Under the pieces are notes generated by a model. The model was given only the letters and a program-made list of their open reading frames with translations, was not told the origin of the DNA and did not search any database. Shown piece by piece: positions 1 through 12,700 of a DNA stretch of 64,000 bases. This DNA comes from Cirrosporium novae-zelandiae (taxonomy: Eukaryota), in the NCBI GenBank assembly GCA_026023565.1, contig JAPETS010000010.1, positions 496,001-560,000 of the forward strand. The letters run 5' to 3'. Within the stretch, counting starts at the first letter, position 1. The number at the start of each line of letters is the position of its first letter. The position numbers and the translations under genes were made by a program.

Positions 1-828
1 ACCGATTCTTGCTAGAAGGTCATCGAACTTCTACAACAAGCCATGCACGGCCTTTTACAATCCAGATAATTCGAGCTGTACTTTCAGGTTTGGGATCCCT
101 TTAATGTTGAAAGTATTTTTTTTGGAACGCCATGGTAAACAGGAGAAAACAAATGGACATGTTATAAGTGAGGAAAACTCTCCAACCCAGACACAGTCAC
201 AAATTTCATGGTGTTTAGCCTTCAGAAGCTAGTGCTAAAAAATAATTGTTAATGTATTAACACTTACATACAAATAAGTGAATATGTGAGACTAATGATT
301 TATGAGTGAATCTCTTAGCACATAAATATCAGTCTTCCGTTCCTTGTCTTCTATTTCTCTCCCTCCTTCCTACCATCTATCCATCTTTATCGAAGACCAT
401 TAAATATTTCCGACTGAGATTGGAAGTCTTAATCAAGTCTCATTCTACCACCATTATTACCTACCATTATTTAACCATTACTTCTCACTCTCACCTTCTC
501 TCAACTACAACTTGACCTATCTACAAAACTAATCTGTCGAGGTACGTTGTCTCAAGGTATGAAGCTCAGTTCTTTCCTCCTTTGATTTCTTCTTTAGCGA
601 CATCACAGTTTAATATTAAGCTGTCTGCTTGAATAATGACATATCGACGCTAGATTTCAAACCTCCGCCTTGCTTAGACTTTCCCTTTTATGTTTTGTCC
701 ACTATGTTCTGAAATACCTTAACAACTGACTTTAAGTTCTCCAGTAGTCCTAGCGACAGATATTGATAGATCAGTCTTTCCGTCTCATACCTATAACCTT
801 GAGTTATTCGCTGTGTACTCTTATTACC

Positions 829-3800
829 ATGGAACATCTTAATAATAAGACACCTTTCATCTATGCTCATATTCTCTCTGAGACACAACTGCAATCCAGA
901 CCTCTTAAGGAGACCTGTGTCGATCATGTCCATGGCTTTTGTACAAAAGGCACTCAGTGTGCGCAAGATCATGGTTTGCATCGAGTGGACGAGATGCCTT
1001 GGAAAGAGGGGAAACCTCAAGTCTTGGGGCGAAATGGACAAGTCAATACTTTGTTACGGAGCTCAGCTGTACCTCACCACCAAAGCATTGATCTTCCAGG
1101 AAGATATTCATGTTCAGGTCCTCGTCACAACAACGATCACGAAAACTACCGACGCATTAATATCCTCCCAACAGTAGATGAGATCTTGTCAGATCAAGGA
1201 CCTTGGGTGCCCCAGAAAGATATGACCTCCGTGCATCATCTGCCACTTGGACCAGAAAGGTCCTTGGATATTCAATTTCGCCAATTCCGCTATGACTCCA
1301 CGACTGGTCTAATTTGCGCGTGCCGTGCTGTCGCTCAGACCCTGGCTTATGGCCATGATGAGCATTATCCTAAGTTCAACCTTAACACCAATGGCGGTCA
1401 ACAGTATTCCATTTTCAGTGGAGTTAGGTTAGAGGGCCTCAATTTTGAGGAGAAGAAAGGCATTTCTATAAGCATAAGTTTCAGTTGTCCAGCTTCTTGG
1501 AAAGGAAAGTCTACTAAAGCTATTGGCCATTTTCAGACAGGGATGCTTTGCGCCTTAGTTGGAATTGATGGTGATTCCAATAGTCTATGGGTTACTTTCC
1601 TTGATGTGCAAAGTAATTATACTACGGGAGCGATGGACAGGAGATATAGAGCTCAAGGGAAACGTCCTGAAGGCGTCCGCGGTATGCAATCCTATATGCA
1701 ACTTGAATTCACTTCTGCTTTTGCTAACTATGTTGTTAGCGGGCCTCGACCTCACCTTCGCTGATCCCGAAAATATGGATGATGTCCGAAGGATGTTGTA
1801 CTATCACAAGGGCATTTTGCAAGGGAGATTCCTCCTAGTCGAGTTTTCAAAGCTATTGTTGGGTGGCTTCTCGTCATGCCTAAAACGGTTGCAGCAACTG
1901 GACTCCGATAGCCTAGCATTTTCTCAACAAGTTGCTCCTAAGAAGCCAGATGATGTTCTCTCTAACCTTAGCCCGCCAAAATACGCCCTTGAGAAGGATT
2001 TCAAGTTTAACTTAAAGCCTCTAGGATGTGATAAGAAAATGAGCCTTGAAGAGATAGACAAGATGACCGAAGTGCTCAAGTCAGAGACAACACTTGATGA
2101 TGGTAAGTAAGCTTCTATATTCCCCAACCCGATATCCAGCTGACGTAAATTCTAGGCCAAGCTGAAGCACTTTCGAACAGCCTACAGCACTCGTTTGCTT
2201 TCACTCAGGGACCTCCAGGTACCGGAAAGTCCTACCTAGGTGTTTCTCTAGCACAAGTCTTGAACGCTTCGCATTTCCCTAACAAAGCAAAACCACTCCT
2301 CGTGGTGTGTGTTACAAATCATGCACTAGATGATTTCCTAGACAGCCTTCGCTCTGCTGGCTTCACTAAGATGGCGCGGCTAGGTGGTGGCAGTAAAGAG
2401 GCTTGGACGCAAGCTTATAGTCTTTACCATATTTCAAAATCGTCTGGTTTGGTAAAAACCAGAGAGGAGAACAGGGCATGTGCGCGAGCCAGGGATAATT
2501 TCGAAAGTAAGCTTTTCCACAGCCCCACAGTGCCCGTTAATATGGCCCCAAAACTAACTCTCCGTCTTAGCGCTTTTCCGGGATGGTTACCAGTGGTGTG
2601 AAGCCTTCAATGAGGCCGGCGGTGGTATGCCAGCATGGGTTACTGTACAAGAACACCTAAGAGAAAAACACCCGCATATCCATATGCAGTTTTGCTCTAC
2701 TCCTTATGCCGGCTCTGAGACCTCCTCGGACACTCTCAAACTAGCAAGGAAATCTGAAGGGTTCATTTATAAGTACTGGGCTCGAGGTGGTGATCTTAGA
2801 AGCATTAATTCTCTCCAGAGTGACTTCGCTAAGTTCCTTGGAACCAATTCCAACTCGGGTCTCGAAAGTGAAGAAGTAAACACTACCTCAATATCAGATC
2901 TCACGAGGCAACTTTTAGAAGATCTACATGACAAAGCTCGAACACTATCAGAGAACTCAAGAGAAAATATCTGGGCCTTTTCTCAAGATGAGCGACACGA
3001 GTTAATGGCACAATGGAGGTTTGAAGTCAGAGAAGAGATGCTTCTTGACCAACTGGCTGAGGTCCAACATCGGTTTTGGCGCGCCAGACAGAACAAATTC
3101 AACGCCTTCAATGCCTTTGACTCACGTTGCCTTGCACAGCGTATGTTTTCCTACCATCTTTGCAATAACTGTTAACTAATGAATTCTTGTAGAGCAAGTT
3201 ATCGGGGTTACTACAACTGGATGTGCGCAATTTTGGCCCATGCTTAGAGATATTGGCTTTGAGGTCGTCATTTGTGAGGAAGCTGGTGAAGTTCCCGAAT
3301 CACATACTTTATGCACTTTGTTTCCTACAGTGCAACATGCGATCTTTATTGGGGACCCGAAACAGCTCCGGCCGCAAGTCAACGATCCTTCCATGTCCAT
3401 GGAGGAAGCCCACGGCACTTTGTACCGACTAGATGAGTCGCTCTTCGAGCGTCTCACATTTCCCACGGATCCATCTATGGTTAATTTTTCTATGCCGATG
3501 TCCCATCTTACCGTGCAACGCCGTATGCATCCGGTTATCTCAATGATCCCAAAAGCAATTCTGTACCCCTTTCTTAAAAATCATGAATCCACTTACCAGC
3601 ATCCTCCAGTTTCAGGTATTTTGAATCGGATGTTTTGGTTAGACCATCAACAACCAGAAAACGATTTGGATTTTACTTCTCCATATTCGAAGTCTTACTC
3701 TAATTCGTTTGAAGTTGAATGGATCGCGGAAATGGTCGATTACCTAGTCTCTAGCCATCACTATAGTCATGAGGATATTGCCGTCCTCACACCTTACAAC

Positions 3801-5942
3801 GGACAGTTACAAGCATTAAAACAACGTCTTGAGTCACGATGTAAAATCATGCTATCAGAGAAAGATCGAGATGCTCTTCTGGATAAAAGTTCTCTCCTTC
3901 CGGAAGAACTAAAGCCCAACGGCGAACTAACAGATGTACAGTTGGGCAGTATGCTTCGTTTGGCCACTATTGACAACTTCCAAGGCGAAGAAGCAAAGGT
4001 CGTCATCCTAAGCCTAGTTCGAAGCAACAAAGACGGCAAATTAGGCTTTGTAAAGTCTCTAAATCGTATCAACGTCGCATGCAGTCGTGCCCGGAATGGT
4101 TTCTATATTATTGGGAATTCAAGCATACTCCAAAGGGACCCGACCTGGAAGGAAGTAATCGGCGTTTTTAAGAGCACGAATAGGTTAGGTCCTACACTTA
4201 CAACATGCTGTCCGCGCCATCAACGGTTTAAAGGTGACTTCAAGAACGTGTCTCACCCTAAAGATTTTTTAAGCGCAAGGTGTGGTTGTCTTTGTGGAAT
4301 TAGGCTTCCTTGCGGCCATCTATGCAGGAGGACTTGCCACCCAGAAGCTTTCCATGATACATGGCAATGCGAAGAGAAATGCTTTAAAGTCAATAGTTGC
4401 GGACACTTCTGTGATAACCGCTGCGGCGATCCTTGTGGTGAATGCAGTTATATTGAAACTATTACCTTCCAAAAATGTGGCCACAAAGCTGACATTCCTT
4501 GTCATAAACGACATTTGAAAAATGGAGAACTATGCCAGAAGCCTGTTGGATCGCCGATAAAGATGGCGTGCGGCCACGAGTTTATTAACCGCTGTTTCCA
4601 TGAGCACGAAACTCAAGGCTTTCCAATTATCTGTCTTAATCCCTGTGATAAGAAATTAGAGTGCGATCATCTCTGCCCTGGATCGTGCTCATATTGCAAA
4701 GCATCGATGCATCACAAACTTTGCCAGAGTAGTTGCGGGAAAGTCCAGTTGTGTGGACATGTTTGTGAAGTTCCTTGCCACAAAGGACAACAATGCCCTC
4801 CATGTAAAAAACGTTATTCGCATTCATGTGAGCACCGTGAATGTACGAAGCTTTGTGGTAAGCCATGCAAGCCATGTTTTGGTCGTCTTGTTGGGAACCG
4901 ATTACCTTGTTGTTTCAAAAATGTCTCTACCTCTTCCCAGCTTATCGAGATTATGGACCAGTATTCAAAATTCGTGACAAGAAAGCTTGCACGATATTAT
5001 GGAGTAATTATGGATATTTTTAGAGACCAGCATTTAAGCTTTGACCCTGACTGTGCACAAATCAGAGCAAGTCCAATGGCGGCAGATGCAAACAAGCGTC
5101 TGATCTCTGCACGTGGGGACAAGTTTGAGATTATTGGTAAAAAGATTATAAATCTTCGAGACAGGTTAATTACACCTTTCGAACGTTCGTTGTATGTTCT
5201 CGTCAAAGACGAACTCCGGCTTGATTCTCGCAGCTTTAGAGTGCCAGTATACGGCTACAAACTCCGTTGCGAACTTTTATTTTCCTTGTGTCGCTATATG
5301 ACGCATGTTGATGCGCTGAATATGATGACCCATCTAGAAACGCTAGAGGATCCATCGTTCAATATCAATCTTCTGGCTGCTGGCATCCCAAGGGTCATTT
5401 ATGAGCAGATTGCTGTCAACTTCTCCAAAATAGAGGGCTTCATCCAGAGAGCGCAAAAGCAATATCTGCCAACCTTAGAGGTAGAACTTCGGCTTCTCCA
5501 GCTTGGCCTCAAGCAGGTTGCTGACAAAGTTGGCCGGGATACTCGTGTTGATCTCTTCGATACGTTCGAACGTATTGAGAATCTCTCCTCTGAACATAAA
5601 GTGGCCATCGGCTCTCATCTCGGGACGGCAGTAACATTCAAAAACATTCTTTGGGCTGGCGGGCGAAATTTAATGACGCCAGAGAAATTAATGGATAGCT
5701 TTGCGATCGAAATGCGACATTTCGAGGGCTATAAGCTAGGGTCGTTTGATGTTTGCCTGAGGGGCCATCCCATGTCTCGTACTGCATGGAAAAATTGCTT
5801 GGAATGTGGAAGTGGAGCCAAACGTCCATTAGTGAAGGAGGAGCAAAATGGGGAAAAACATATATACAATGATAAGTTCTTAGAAGTGATACGGAGCATG
5901 AGGGCGAGTCATGTGTCCAGTCAGATTTCGAGTGAAGAGTGA
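829..5942 (+). CDS. NFX1-type zinc finger-containing SF1 (UPF1-like) RNA helicase, ZNFX1/Hrr1/SAD-3-like; 5 exons, ~1628 aa
   Basis: Exons 829-1681, 1740-2102, 2156-2506, 2571-3140, 3193-5942 join in frame through GT-AG introns with CTAAC/CTGAC/CTAAT branch points. Motifs: CCCH finger (CVDHVHGFCTKGTQCAQDH), Walker A QGPPGTGKS, TNHALD, EEAGE, IGDPKQLRP, QRRMHP, TPYNGQ, TIDNFQGEEA, RINVACSRAR, repeated LxCGHxC NF-X1 fingers. Possible 5'UTR intron 542-653. Confidence 0.9.
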
Positions 5943-6248
5943 TTATATAATAATTATTGTTTTACTATGGGGATTTTCTATAATGTTAATTGTGAAGGTT
6001 TTTTTCAATTAGATATGTGATGTTGGGAACGTTCCGAGGTTTTAATAGATTAGGATTGTTACTATAAATAGAAATGCAAAACTATTTGCAGAAGCACATA
6101 ATTGCAGTAGTCCAAATAGAAATAAGGATGGGACCAAAAAATAATCACTAAAAATCTATTTCCTGCATTATTTAATTATTGTTAACTAGTCATATAACCC
6201 ATTTCAAATTGAAACGAGTATTTTTCAAAGGTGTATATTGAAATTTCC

Positions 6249-6409
6249 ATTGAGGTTTCCCTTTAGTAACTGACTGAGGCTTCCTTTGAGATGCTCACTA
6301 AGCATTCCCCTAAGGTTGCTACTGAGGTTTCCCCTAGGCTGCTGACTGAGGGATATATATATTAGAGGTTTCCTCTACAGCACTAACTAAGGGTTTTCTA
6401 CTGAAGGGC
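6249..6409. repeat. Degenerate 24-bp tandem repeat (~7 units, consensus ACTGAGGTTTCCCCTAGGCTGCTG)
   Basis: Units start at 6249, 6273, 6297, 6321, 6345 (exact 24-bp period), then 6362 and 6386 after a TA-rich interruption. Confidence 0.75.
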
Positions 6410-6791
6410 AAATCGCTAATTTGCTTGCAACTTCGCAAGAGCAATCCATAAGCAAATGCAACCCCCAACCTCAATTCACAAATATCGCCCGCAACGCACT
6501 CCCCACGTTATCGGAATAAAGTTCAAGTTTCAGAATACTTATAAAGTAGGCTTATTTAAACAATTGGAAGTTTCCAGAGATTTCTATATAATATTTAACG
6601 GTAATGCAATTGTAATAATATGGCTCAATTTGATGTTCTTAAATCACGTGCCGGTGATAGACTCTCATGCATTCGTACCCAATAGATAAACGGGTAGATA
6701 TCTATAGTAACAACAAATTCTAATTATCAGCTTCGCTGGACTGGATTTAAAATATTCATTCAAAAGCTCAATAGAATGTTTACAGTAATGC

Positions 6792-6915
6792 GAGCTTCAG
6801 TTGCAAGCTTAGTTGTAATTTTAGTAGAAGTCTAGTCGAAAGCTTAGTCAAAGGTTCGGTGCAAGATCGGTGTAAGCTTCGGTTGCAAGCTCAGTCAGGA
6901 CCCAGTCACAATCCC
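6792..6915. repeat. Degenerate 11-13 bp tandem repeat (GCTTCGGTTGCAA-like, ~10 units)
   Basis: gcttcagttgcaa / gcttagttgtaa / gtctagtcgaaa / gcttagtcaaa / ggttcggtgcaa / gatcggtgtaa / gcttcggttgcaa / gctcagtcagga. Confidence 0.55.
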
Positions 6916-7136
6916 AATCAATACACATTTCAATACACAACTTCAGTCAGAATTTTTAACACGCGTTTTAACATTACGCGTCACAATCAAAATATTAACA
7001 AAAAATATACAGCAACAGTAGTTTTAATAAAACAGATAAAGATTTATTGATAAATAGAAATGCTAAATCTCTAATAGCTTCAATTGTTAAAACAAAGAAA
7101 AATATTATAATTTATATTCAGAAAATGGTTGGTGAA

Positions 7137-7268
7137 TGTTACGACGCCTAGGATATGCGCTCAGTGAGGCTGATATCTAGGTGTAACTGGTGTGGGTATG
7201 TATTGGATGGTATGCTAAGCTAAGGTGGAAGGCTCACCTTATGATGAGCCTAATAGGGAACCGTAATA
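7137..7268. mobile_element. Solo LTR (or LTR-like miniature element), 132 bp, with 5-bp TSD GTGAA
   Basis: Begins TGTTACG (7137-7143) and ends CGTAATA (7262-7268, i.e. CGTAACA with one C>T). Identical GTGAA flanks at 7132-7136 and 7269-7273. Confidence 0.7.
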
Positions 7269-7791
7269 GTGAAGTAAATGATGTAGGAAGTTAGATTTTT
7301 GGTGGATGACCAACTCGAGGTAACTGGCCAACTTCTAGGTAACTTGCGTTACACCTATTTCCACCGCGAGAAAGCCTTCAAACAAAGTTAGTTTTCGATG
7401 CAAACCGACTTGAATCACAATCCGATTTGTTTAATGGTTACCTTAAAGTGTAATAATTATATATTATAGCGTCATGCTTCGGATCCCACCCTTGGCCCTC
7501 GTTTTCTTACATTTGTAACTGCCAGCTGCACGACCTACAGTAGACCAGGCACTGTTACTACGACATACCTTAGTCACCCAGGAGAGAATAGGAGTCTATT
7601 CGGATCAAAATACAATCTCCGTTTAGGTCTTTACATGTCCGAGAGCGAAATTGATGAATTTCGTCATTTTTGATCATGGACGGTCCCTTAGAGGCTTTGA
7701 TGCTTGTGAAAGGGCCAAATACTCATCACCTCCTGGTACCGCATGATATTGTAAGAGTTTCCCTGCAAATTGCAAAGGGGATTTAGGATGG

Positions 7792-8737
7792 TCAAGAAAC
7801 TCTGGCTGAACTTAGGGCTCCTACAGTCTTGCTCCCTCTCACTTCGACAATCTTCGGCTTTGTTGCCTTAGTATTCTTCGGCTGTACTCCGACAGGGATC
7901 TCTGTGGCTCGTATATTGACCTCCTTGTATCTACCTCCTATAGCGTTCTTTAACCATAATACCTCCACCTCTGCGATGCGATTCCTTATGTAAGAGATAA
8001 GTGGCCCCGCTCCTGGGGCATCTTCAAATATTCCCAAGAAACCAACACGAGGGAGTTCTAAACAAGAACAAAGGCGGGATTCGGCGGCTTTTGGAAGGGG
8101 TATTAGGCGAATGGGGGTACTGGAGGAAGCGCTGTAGATGAATTGAGGGATTGATGAGTAGAGAGGGTTGATGGAATGTGTGGGTGGGAGGGGTACTATG
8201 ACAGCGGCGAGGAAAGGGGATCGAGAAGGCTCTCCGAGATCCTCATTGAAATTCGATGGTCGATTTTGAATAATTGTTTCTAGTTGTCGTATCGTGCTGT
8301 TGAAGCCAATAGTGAGATACGAGGAAAGAGATGGTTGTGATGGTTTTGAAATGTCTTCATTCCCAGATCCATTATCCCGCTTTCGCTTCTTGGATCGTTT
8401 GCCTTTGGAGCGATTAATGTACTCATTGCGATAATGACCGATAGGTTCAATGAGACTGTAGAACATAAACTATTAGGAACTGTACTTGAAAGAAGGAGGA
8501 TAAGGAGTTTTTTTTTTTAAAAAAAAGAAAAAGAAACGAGGGCGATGCGTACCTGCATAGAAGGTCTAGGATTGTTTCTGAAATGTCTGGAGAGAGGTGT
8601 GGCCTTTTAGAGATAGTTAGTGGAGATGTGACGTGGGGAAAGGGGGGGGGGGAGAAGCTGTAGGGTTGGTATCACCATTGGGGGTTGGAGTAGGGATTGT
8701 CTAAGACAAAGGCAGTTTTTGTCTTGCGTTCCATCAT
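7792..8737 (-). CDS. POP3: RNase P/MRP subunit Pop3 (L7Ae-fold); 3 exons
   Basis: Exons 8737-8676, 8603-8553, 8455-7792 give KTAFVLDNPYSNPQWPHLSPDISETILDLLCSLIEPIG...LTIGFNSTIRQLE...RLIPLPKAAESRL..LELPRVGFLGI...VEVLWL, typical of fungal Pop3. The start may lie upstream at a non-AUG codon. Confidence 0.75.
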
Positions 8738-9707
8738 TATTGCCTTTTTGCCTTTTGCTGCGGGGGAAGACGAAGGCCTTTTTCTTTTGTTTCCTTGCAC
8801 AAAGCAGTCACAAACAATTCTCAGTTGAATTATGGTACTGTGGAGAGAGAGAGAAAAGACACTGAACACGTTCCTGTCAGCCCTTAAACTTTAAGATAAT
8901 TTATTTCTTAGTCTACTGGGGGGCAAGTAATGCCCTAGTCTATTAGATAACGAAAGTAAAGTTTGATTTCGCGATGATGTAGAGTTTTGATTTAATCTAG
9001 GTCAGGTAAGGTAATAATTTAATAGTTACTGAAACTTAGGGAAGTTATTTAGGGTTCTTGTCGCTTCTCTTCTAGGCCGGTTCGACTCCGTGCACTCGGT
9101 CCCCACCAATAACCAATGACGAAATGGAAATGTTGGTGTGTGGTGTGTATTCTAACGAGGTAATTTAGGCCAGTCGTAATAACCGTAAGAGCTTGCTCAA
9201 ACAGTCTTCAGTAAATTTAATTTGAAAATAATAGCAATAAAAGAAAGAGACAAAAATGATAGAAATAGATCTCATCATCAATCACTATTAATGGCCCCGC
9301 CTCCATATTCTTTTTCTTCGTCTTTATTAAGTCCTTCTTGGTAGAGAAGTTCTGGTACTTCTGTTCTTCAAGAGCTGGCTTCCTAGAGGACCCTCTCTTA
9401 TCGATTGAGCAGTTACCTCACTTCAGCCTAGACAGACAGACAGACATCCCCCCCATTCATTCAGTTAACCAACATCCTTAAACTCCAACAACAACCACCC
9501 ATCCTCCTTAATTGTTCTAAAAATTCATTCCTACCACCTCATCCACATTACTCTGGAGCTTGACAATCCTCCTTAGGAACTCTCAAGAATATTCTTGGTC
9601 CCTTCATCCATGCTCTTCGTTCACCACGCTCAGGCCCCCACTGCCTAACGCCTTCCACGGTTCTTCACCTTCTTCGACTCTTGTTGCTGTGACTGCTAGA
9701 AAATGTC

Positions 9708-12700
9708 ATGGCCTCTGCTTCAATAGATCTACCTTGCACCCCTACTCTTACTCCTGCACGGGCCGCATCAGAAGAACCCTCCAGATTACATCGGGATTCT
9801 ATGGAAGACCTTAATTCCACCTCTCAGCGGAAGCGTCCACGACTAGATAGCGGCGAAAGAGCACACCGCAGCATGTCTGCCGATATTCCAATTTATTCCT
9901 CTCCAAGTTCACACACAGAAAACAATGATGAATCATCTCGCCCTGCCCAGAACAACACTTCAAAGGAAGAAGAGCTGCAAGCTCCCCCGCTTAATCGAAC
10001 CTCCAGCAAAGTGACCATCAACACAAAATCCCAACCTTTCAATCACGACACAGAAACCCCTACGACCAACATGATGGAAGCCCAAGAGGATGTTCAGCCC
10101 CAAGATATGATAGAGGACAAAATAATTGAAGGGGCGGAAATTGATGTATCTCCACAAGAAGTGAACTCTGCTATTTCCATATCATCGTCTCCTGGCATGA
10201 GTCCTGAAATCGAAGTGGCCGAAGTTGAAGACATGGATCAAGACCCCGGCGAAACACGGTGGAGGAGTTTGGGATCAACTATTGAAGGGAAAGCCCACAT
10301 CATGGACAGGTTTCCTTTCATAAACCGAGGTCTGCATCCCCGAGAAGCCCTCGCAAGAATGGCAACGGTCCTAGCCAAAGGTATACTGCAGCCCTTTAAA
10401 TGAAACTATTTGATGACTAATCTATCTTCTCTTTCAGGTGCTTATGAAGACCAATATCAGGTCGTGACCGAGTTAAGTATCTGGTTGGCCGCATGTATCG
10501 AAGAATGTGGACGTCCAACAGGATTAAGATATCATGATATCGTGCAGAATCGGGATTTCTGGGAAGAACTCATAGGACCTTTTGACAAGCTGATAATGAA
10601 GCCCACGGTCGACATGCAGTTTGCCAACTTTCTTAAAAGGCCAAAGGGATCCAACAACGGCAATGTCTTGGTAGACTTCTTTGCGAAATACGCCGCTCTA
10701 GCCATTCACTTCGTTCGGATTGACTGTTCCACTTTGGAGAGGCTACCGGAAGATGGAACAGGTGGTGCTCCTGACTTATTGTCTTACAACCTTCTACAGC
10801 GTGTTGACTGGATGCTGAATTTCACACCTAATAATCCGTTATACACAGCTCTATCCAAGACTGGAAAATTTGACCCTAAAGCCCATTGTGCTAAGTTGGT
10901 ACTTGGTCTAGCTCAATCAGGCGAGTTGAATGGAATCGGCCACTTGACTAGGTACTTACAGAAGCTTATGGATCACATAACACGGTTTCCCTCCACAATT
11001 GACTGCATATATTCCGTCATAATCGTAATTTGGAGGGCTAGTATATATACAGACTACATTCGCGATGAGTGGGTTTTGCCCAGCGACAACTGGACTAGTC
11101 TTCGACACCAGATCTATGAATCTTGCCTCAAGTTTTGGCAGATTCTTGACGAGCATCTGCAAGACTTAATACAGAAACAGTCGCCATCTTTAAGTATAGA
11201 TTTCATCACTACTCTGACTGAATCAGTTCAAAGCATCGCCCGAGCGAATTCTACGATCGCTAGGCGCCTCACTCTCGAGCTAGGAGAGGACCTACCATTG
11301 ATGGAAGATGAGCTGTGTCCCGAGGCTTGTCCAGATCTGATATTATATGCATGGAAATTCCGCTTACTCAAGCTATGCATCATGAAAGGTCGAATGGAGA
11401 CTCGAGTTTCGGGAACCGGCGTGATGGGAGACTCTTTAGTAACAGCATGGAAGACCCATATCCAAATGCCCAATCATCCAGTTATGCGCTATTGTTCCAG
11501 ATTCCTTATAGAGAACAAGCTTGTGGAATATCTCGTCGGAGTTGATTCTCATCCTCAACTAATTACTAGAAGTAAAAACATTATTGGTTTCCTGGGTGTG
11601 ACGGATAGCTACACGGAAGCAGATTCAGATCACATGTGGGAGGCTGTTACAACCAACCAGGACCAGAGAATTGTCAATGCGGTGCTGCAATTATTCAGAG
11701 ACCTTTTTCAATACTTCAAGTTCCCTCTGTTAATATACATTTGCAAGAAATTGGATGAACTTCCGATTACCCTCTACAGCGATGACATGCTAGAATATGT
11801 CAATACTTTGATGTCGAAGATCCGCGAAACCTATCAGACAGGAACCATACTGGACGACGCTAGTGCAAACAGCTCCGAGCTCGTGCCATTTGAGGTATGC
11901 GTTCGGCTTATTCGCGAAGCTGCCGCCAACACTCAACTCGCTTTAGAGAGAAGAGAAAGCATATGCAGTACCGGAACCGACCAGCTTTTTATGTTCTTGC
12001 AACTCGGGCTTCTTGAAAGCGAGAAGACAGCAATTTTTAGCAAATGCATGCAGGACATTGCAGACCAAACCCCAAATGCTACTGGAAGCATAATAGCCAT
12101 AAATGTCTTTCTCCGTCAAAATAATTGTGTTGATATCCAACCGCTATCCTCGGATTTCAAACTTCCCGAACTAATTATTAACGAATTTCCAACCGCATTT
12201 CGGAGATTGGAAGAATCCAGATCCTCGATACGATTGAGCGAGATTCTGGATCCTCGAATATGGCTACTTGAACACATAATAATATCGGTACCACAAGCAA
12301 TCACTAAGGACCTTTTGGATAAGCTTTGGAGATCAGTCTTCAGCCGCGGGGACCTGCCAGCCGAAGCTCGTAATACAGCGTGGAATATGCTTTCCAGGAT
12401 TGCTTCTAATGGCAGGTCTGAAAATGTTTTCATCAACACGTTCCTTGAACAATATCTCCCGAGGGTCAACCCAGAGTTCTACACACCCGAGGTGCTATCA
12501 TTTGTCCATGCGAGCGTCCAATATGACATTCGCCAGTGCACAAGACCAACCGCGGCTGAACATGAGATCATACAAATTCCTGGTATAGACCGAATTTGGC
12601 AAATTCTACTCAGTGCTCCAACGGAAAGCCTGGAGATCTCAACCTCAAAGCTTTTGATTAGCATGTATCTTGATTCCGATCCTATTCGCTATGCACCTAC

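Noticed and set aside
45..65. GCCTTTTAC, identical to U5 snRNA loop I
   Set aside because: Flanks (CACG / AATC) cannot form the closing stem and no Sm-site architecture is evident.
763..3240. Fragmented ORFs suggesting the helicase is a pseudogene or frameshifted
   Set aside because: All breaks are resolved by canonical GT-AG introns that restore the frame and motifs.
6249..6409. Periodic array as a CRISPR-like locus
   Set aside because: Eukaryotic context, units are contiguous and degenerate with no unique spacers, and there are no cas genes.
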